Below, in pieces: positions 60,398-64,000 of a DNA stretch of 64,000 nt (the first letter of the stretch is position 1; each line of letters begins with the position of its first letter). The notes below the pieces were generated by a model that saw nothing but the letters and a program-made list of their open reading frames with translations, made no database searches and was not told the origin of the DNA. The DNA is from Gammaproteobacteria bacterium. Its GTDB lineage: Bacteria; Pseudomonadota; Gammaproteobacteria; Tenderiales; Tenderiaceae. The position numbers and the translations under genes were made by a program. The stretch is from assembly GCA_021731365.1 (NCBI GenBank), contig JAKFXL010000017.1:41755-105754 (forward strand). Direction: 5' to 3'.

Positions 60398-62386
60398 TTA
60401 TCCACTGGCGGTTTGTCTGACGGGCAATGGTGAATGGTTATCGGCGTTGTGTATCTGTTGGTACATCTTTTCAAGGGTCTCCAGTTGTACCTCCAGTGCT
60501 TTGTGCTGGCCTCTCAGCTCTGAAGTTTTTGAAGCCAGATTCTCCTTGGACTCGTTAATTTTATAGAGTGTTTCCATGTGTTGTTCAAGCATCTGCTTGT
60601 GGCTGGTGACATGTTTGGCCAGTGGCACCATAACATCTTTGAACCACGTTTCGGCCTCCTGGTTGACCTGGAAGAAGACATCACGGGCGTGGCTCACCAG
60701 GGAGATGAAGAATTTTTTGATGACAAAATTCTGCTCGGTCATGGTGGTGACAGGGCTACTGCGGTACTCCTCTGCCTGGGCATGGAGGGCAGTCATTTCG
60801 GCCTCATATTTGTCGGTGGAGAAGGGCTTGGGGTGGAGTGCGGCAAGCTCGTTCTCTTTTTCAAATTTTTGATAGATGCTGACAATCTGCTGGTGTGTCT
60901 CATCTGCATGGCGTGTGGCCACCTGCAAGGTGTCGCGGATGCCATCAAAGATTGTTTTCATGCCGGTTTTAAGACCGCCAGTGGTCCAGCTGTCTGACAT
61001 TTGCTTACGTGCTGTATTGGTCAGGTGGTCAAACTTTTTCAGGCTTAGCTCATCCAGCAGCAGTTTGGCTTGCTGGTTGAGGGTGCGACGGCTCGACTGG
61101 AAATACTCCATGTTGGTATTGTAGACGGCCTGTTTTTCACGCGCTTTTCGCATTAGGTGTTGGATCAGGGTGGTATTTTTGCCACTGATTGAGACCAGAT
61201 CCTGGTGTTGGTCGGCGATCTGTTTTAACCGGGCAGCAATGCTGTCGCGGTTGGTTTTGATCAATGCCCCGACCTCATTGGCAATGTTGTTGCGAATGAT
61301 GCCCTGTTTGGCAGGAATGATCTCTTGTGCAAGATAGTTTTCCAGCGCCAACAGGCGACTGCTTGCGAGTAGCTGGTCGTTCTCTTTGGTTTTGGCCAGC
61401 AACGCTTTTTGGGCCGACACCGGAAAGACGTTGCCAATGTTGATGCCGAGGGCGTTGGCCACTTCGCGCTGTTGTGTGCTGATGCTATTTTCGATCTCTT
61501 CCGGGGTCTTCATCTCGTCCCAGAGGGTATCTATTTTGTTGAGTGCAACCACCAGACCTTTTTCGCTGCCACGGAACTCTCTGATGTGGTACTCCCAGAC
61601 ATCCAGGTCACTGCGTGTGACGCCAGTATCGGCGGCCAGCACAAAGAGCACAGCGTGGGCGTTGGGCAACATATTGAGTGTCAGTTCGGGTTCCGTACCC
61701 AGGGCATTGAGTCCGGGTGTATCAAGTATCGCCAGACCCTGTTGTAACAGAGGGTGGGGGAAGCTGATCATTGCGTGACGCCACAGCGGAACTTCAATTT
61801 CAGTGGGGGGTGGGGCATCGCTTTTACGCCGTCTGGGGGCTTCGTTGATATCGTATAACCCGAGATCGGCGGCGAGCTGCAGTGGCACCATTTTGGTTTT
61901 GATCACCTCTTTTAGCGCCTCCACCATCTGGTCTGGTGAGTTGACGTCAAGGGAGATGGTTTGCCACTGCTCTTTCTCCTTTTTCAGTTCAGAGATGCTT
62001 TTGTCGCTGAGGCGTGTCTCAATCGGCAGCATACGGATGTAAGCGGACTCCTCTTCGTGATCATAGAAGAGCTCGGTGGGACACATGGTGGTGCGGCCTG
62101 CCTCGGAGGGTAATAGGCGACGTTTGTAGTCAGAGAAAAAGATAGAGTTGATTAACTCTGTTTTGCCGCGAGAAAACTCAGCCACAAAGGCGATGGTAAG
62201 GTGATCTGATTTGAGCGATTCGATCACATCAAACAGCCGTACATCGATCTCGGGACTGCCTAATTGTTGGCTCTCCAGCCAGTGGTGATAGTCCTGAATC
62301 ACCTGGATGAGTTCCGCCTTCCAGCGATCAAACGCCCTCATCTGCTGTTTGAAAATATCTTCCTCCATAGCTCCTGCTCTTTCCAT
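60398..62386 (-). CDS. dynamin-family large GTPase (bacterial dynamin-like protein, LeoA/CrfC-like)
   Basis: 662 aa. G1 AFVAEFSRGKTELINSI, G3 DTPGLNA, G4 NKID, followed by a long helical stalk region. Confidence 0.75.
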   Translation of the reverse strand: MERAGAMEEDIFKQQMRAFDRWKAELIQVIQDYHHWLESQQLGSPEIDVRLFDVIESLKSDHLTIAFVAEFSRGKTELINSIFFSDYKRRLLPSEAGRTTMCPTELFYDHEEESAYIRMLPIETRLSDKSISELKKEKEQWQTISLDVNSPDQMVEALKEVIKTKMVPLQLAADLGLYDINEAPRRRKSDAPPPTEIEVPLWRHAMISFPHPLLQQGLAILDTPGLNALGTEPELTLNMLPNAHAVLFVLAADTGVTRSDLDVWEYHIREFRGSEKGLVVALNKIDTLWDEMKTPEEIENSISTQQREVANALGINIGNVFPVSAQKALLAKTKENDQLLASSRLLALENYLAQEIIPAKQGIIRNNIANEVGALIKTNRDSIAARLKQIADQHQDLVSISGKNTTLIQHLMRKAREKQAVYNTNMEYFQSSRRTLNQQAKLLLDELSLKKFDHLTNTARKQMSDSWTTGGLKTGMKTIFDGIRDTLQVATRHADETHQQIVSIYQKFEKENELAALHPKPFSTDKYEAEMTALHAQAEEYRSSPVTTMTEQNFVIKKFFISLVSHARDVFFQVNQEAETWFKDVMVPLAKHVTSHKQMLEQHMETLYKINESKENLASKTSELRGQHKALEVQLETLEKMYQQIHNADNHSPLPVRQTASG

Positions 62387-62602
62387 GGTTATCTGGCTGT
62401 AATAAATTGGCAGCGGCGGTCAGCCGTGCGGCCCGTAATACCTGAGCGTCACTCCCTTATCGGACGCAGTAACGAGGGTCTTTAGCGGAATCTAACGGGC
62501 GGGTTTGTGTGGTAGTGGCGGCGCGACAAACGGCGATGTTTGCCAGCCTTCGCAGTGATAAGTGGCACCATCAAGTGCCACTTATTACTGTTTACGTCGA
62601 CG

Positions 62603-63175
62603 TTACGCCAGACTGCCACCAAGATTAATGATGGGACTAACGACCAGGATTTTAATCAGGCCGATGGCCAGAAAGATAAGTATTGGTGAGAAGTCTATGC
62701 CTGACATAGTCGGCAGAATACGGCGGGCAGGTCGCATAACCGGTTCATTCAAGGCGTAAAGCAGCGATATGAGTGGATTGTTACCGCCCTGGCCGACCCA
62801 GCTCAGTACAATCTGAATCAGGATCGAGATCATGTAGAAGTTCAGGAGCATGGCGATCAGCTCACCCAGTGACATCACCGCCAAACCGGCAAATGATAGA
62901 GACATCCCTGCACTTAAGGCCAGCAAAAAGAGCTTTAACATCTGTAGCGCCAGTAGCAGCACGACCGCCGCCATATCGATGCCCATGAATCCAGGAATGA
63001 TACGGCGTAGCGGTTTGAGCGGAGGGTTGGTGGCCTTGACGATGAATTGGCAGACCGGGTTGTAAAAATTGGCACGCACCAGCTGCAATAGCAGCCGTAC
63101 CAGAACCAGCATCATATAGATGCCAAACACCGTTTCGATCACAAAGGCCGCGGCAGAGGAGAGGTAAGGGCTCAT
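62603..63175 (-). CDS. yggT: YggT family membrane protein
   Basis: Start at MSPYLSSAAAFVIETVFGIYMMLVLVRLL. Two YGGT repeats. Immediately downstream of proC. Confidence 0.85.
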   Translation of the reverse strand: MSPYLSSAAAFVIETVFGIYMMLVLVRLLLQLVRANFYNPVCQFIVKATNPPLKPLRRIIPGFMGIDMAAVVLLLALQMLKLFLLALSAGMSLSFAGLAVMSLGELIAMLLNFYMISILIQIVLSWVGQGGNNPLISLLYALNEPVMRPARRILPTMSGIDFSPILIFLAIGLIKILVVSPIINLGGSLA

Positions 63176-63179
63176 CGTA

Positions 63180-64000
63180 CTATTGCGCCCCCAGTTCCTG
63201 TGCCAGCTCATCAGAACGGTTGGCAGCGGCGCTAAGCGCCTTGGCGACCAGCGCCCGCAAGCCATTATTTTCAAAGGTCAGGATGGCCTGCTCTGTTGTA
63301 CCGCCGGGGGAAGTCACCCGACGACGCAGGGTGGCACAGTTTTCAGGACTTTCCAGTGCCATCTTGGTGGCCCCAAAGGCGGTTTGTAACGCCAGCAGCC
63401 GGGCTGTTTCATCGGCCAGGCCGAGATCGCGGGCCGCCTCCTCCATCGCCTCGATAAAGAGAAAAAAGTATGCCGGACCACTGCCGGAGAGGGCGGTGAC
63501 TGCCCGCATCAGCGCCTCGTCCTCTATCCACAGCGCCAAACCAACGGCCCGGAGGATGGTTTCGGCGTTGTTGCGTTGTGCGTTGGATACCCGGCTGTTG
63601 GCAAAAAGGGCGGTAGCGCCGGTCTTGATGAGTGACGGGGTATTGGGCATGGCACGAACGATGGCCACATCACCCCCCAGCCAGCGGTTGATGTCCAGCT
63701 CACGGATCCCCGCAGCGATGGAAACCACCAGAGGCCGCTTCTGTTGAACAGTGTCACGCAACTCCTGGCAGACCGTCTGCATCACCTGTGGCTTGACCGC
63801 CAGAATGACAATGTCGCTATTCTCGGCCGCCTCAATGTTAGAGGCAGTGGCATGCAGATGAAACTGTTGCTCCAGCAGCAGGCGTTGATCATCGTTACGA
63901 TCAGAGATCCAGATCGTGGCCGGGTCGCGGCCATCGGCAATCAGGCCGCTGATCAGACTGCGCGCCATATTGCCGGCACCGATAAAGCTGATGTTAGGAG
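63180..64000 (-). CDS. proC: pyrroline-5-carboxylate reductase (N-terminus beyond window end)
   Basis: The frame continues upstream of the track's Met through …NISFIGAGNMARSLISGL… (Rossmann GxGxxG) to the window edge. The rest is colinear with ProC. Confidence 0.9.
   Translation of the reverse strand, partial: PNISFIGAGNMARSLISGLIADGRDPATIWISDRNDDQRLLLEQQFHLHATASNIEAAENSDIVILAVKPQVMQTVCQELRDTVQQKRPLVVSIAAGIRELDINRWLGGDVAIVRAMPNTPSLIKTGATALFANSRVSNAQRNNAETILRAVGLALWIEDEALMRAVTALSGSGPAYFFLFIEAMEEAARDLGLADETARLLALQTAFGATKMALESPENCATLRRRVTSPGGTTEQAILTFENNGLRALVAKALSAAANRSDELAQELGAQ

Noticed and set aside
62554-62589. Strong near-perfect 15-bp inverted repeat between the dynamin-like gene start and yggT stop
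   Set aside because: No flanking T/A tract in the orientation needed for a yggT terminator, and it does not match the REP consensus. Recorded only as a hairpin of unknown role.

Overview
This is a high-GC (about 60%) gammaproteobacterial chromosomal segment, mostly conserved housekeeping genes. The core is a complete division/cell-wall (dcw) cluster: mraZ-rsmH-ftsL-ftsI-murE-murF-mraY-murD-ftsW-murG-murC-murB-ddl-ftsQ-ftsA-ftsZ-lpxC. RNase P RNA (rnpB) and an MraZ-type operator sit immediately upstream of mraZ. After lpxC come a DUF721 gene, an M23 peptidase, secA and argJ. The window continues with rpmB-rpmG, radC, coaBC, dut, a long-form algC, argB, pyrE, a dynamin-like GTPase, yggT and a truncated proC. 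Upstream of the dcw cluster lie a DolP/DiaA/YraN/LpoA operon, rsmI and a di-haem cytochrome c peroxidase. Further upstream are rnd, a PAS-domain chemoreceptor, a SulP anion transporter, a beta-CASP MBL RNase, rraB, a frameshifted GATase, an ABC-F ATPase, a REP-flanked RAYT transposase, an AEC transporter and a GlcD-like FAD oxidase. The order resembles Pseudomonas-type synteny. The first 8 kb is the accessory part. It holds an AT-rich islet with a T6SS Tae4 amidase effector and a putative Tai4/Rap1a-like periplasmic immunity gene, and, divergently, two tandem paralogous DUF4157 (zincin-like HExxH) toxin-like proteins. The two DUF4157 genes share a 100% identical ~640-bp 5' module (promoter plus first ~200 codons) and carry unrelated C-terminal domains, one ending in a transmembrane anchor. 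No immunity genes and no secretion machinery are visible in the window. No CRISPR array, tRNA or rRNA was seen.
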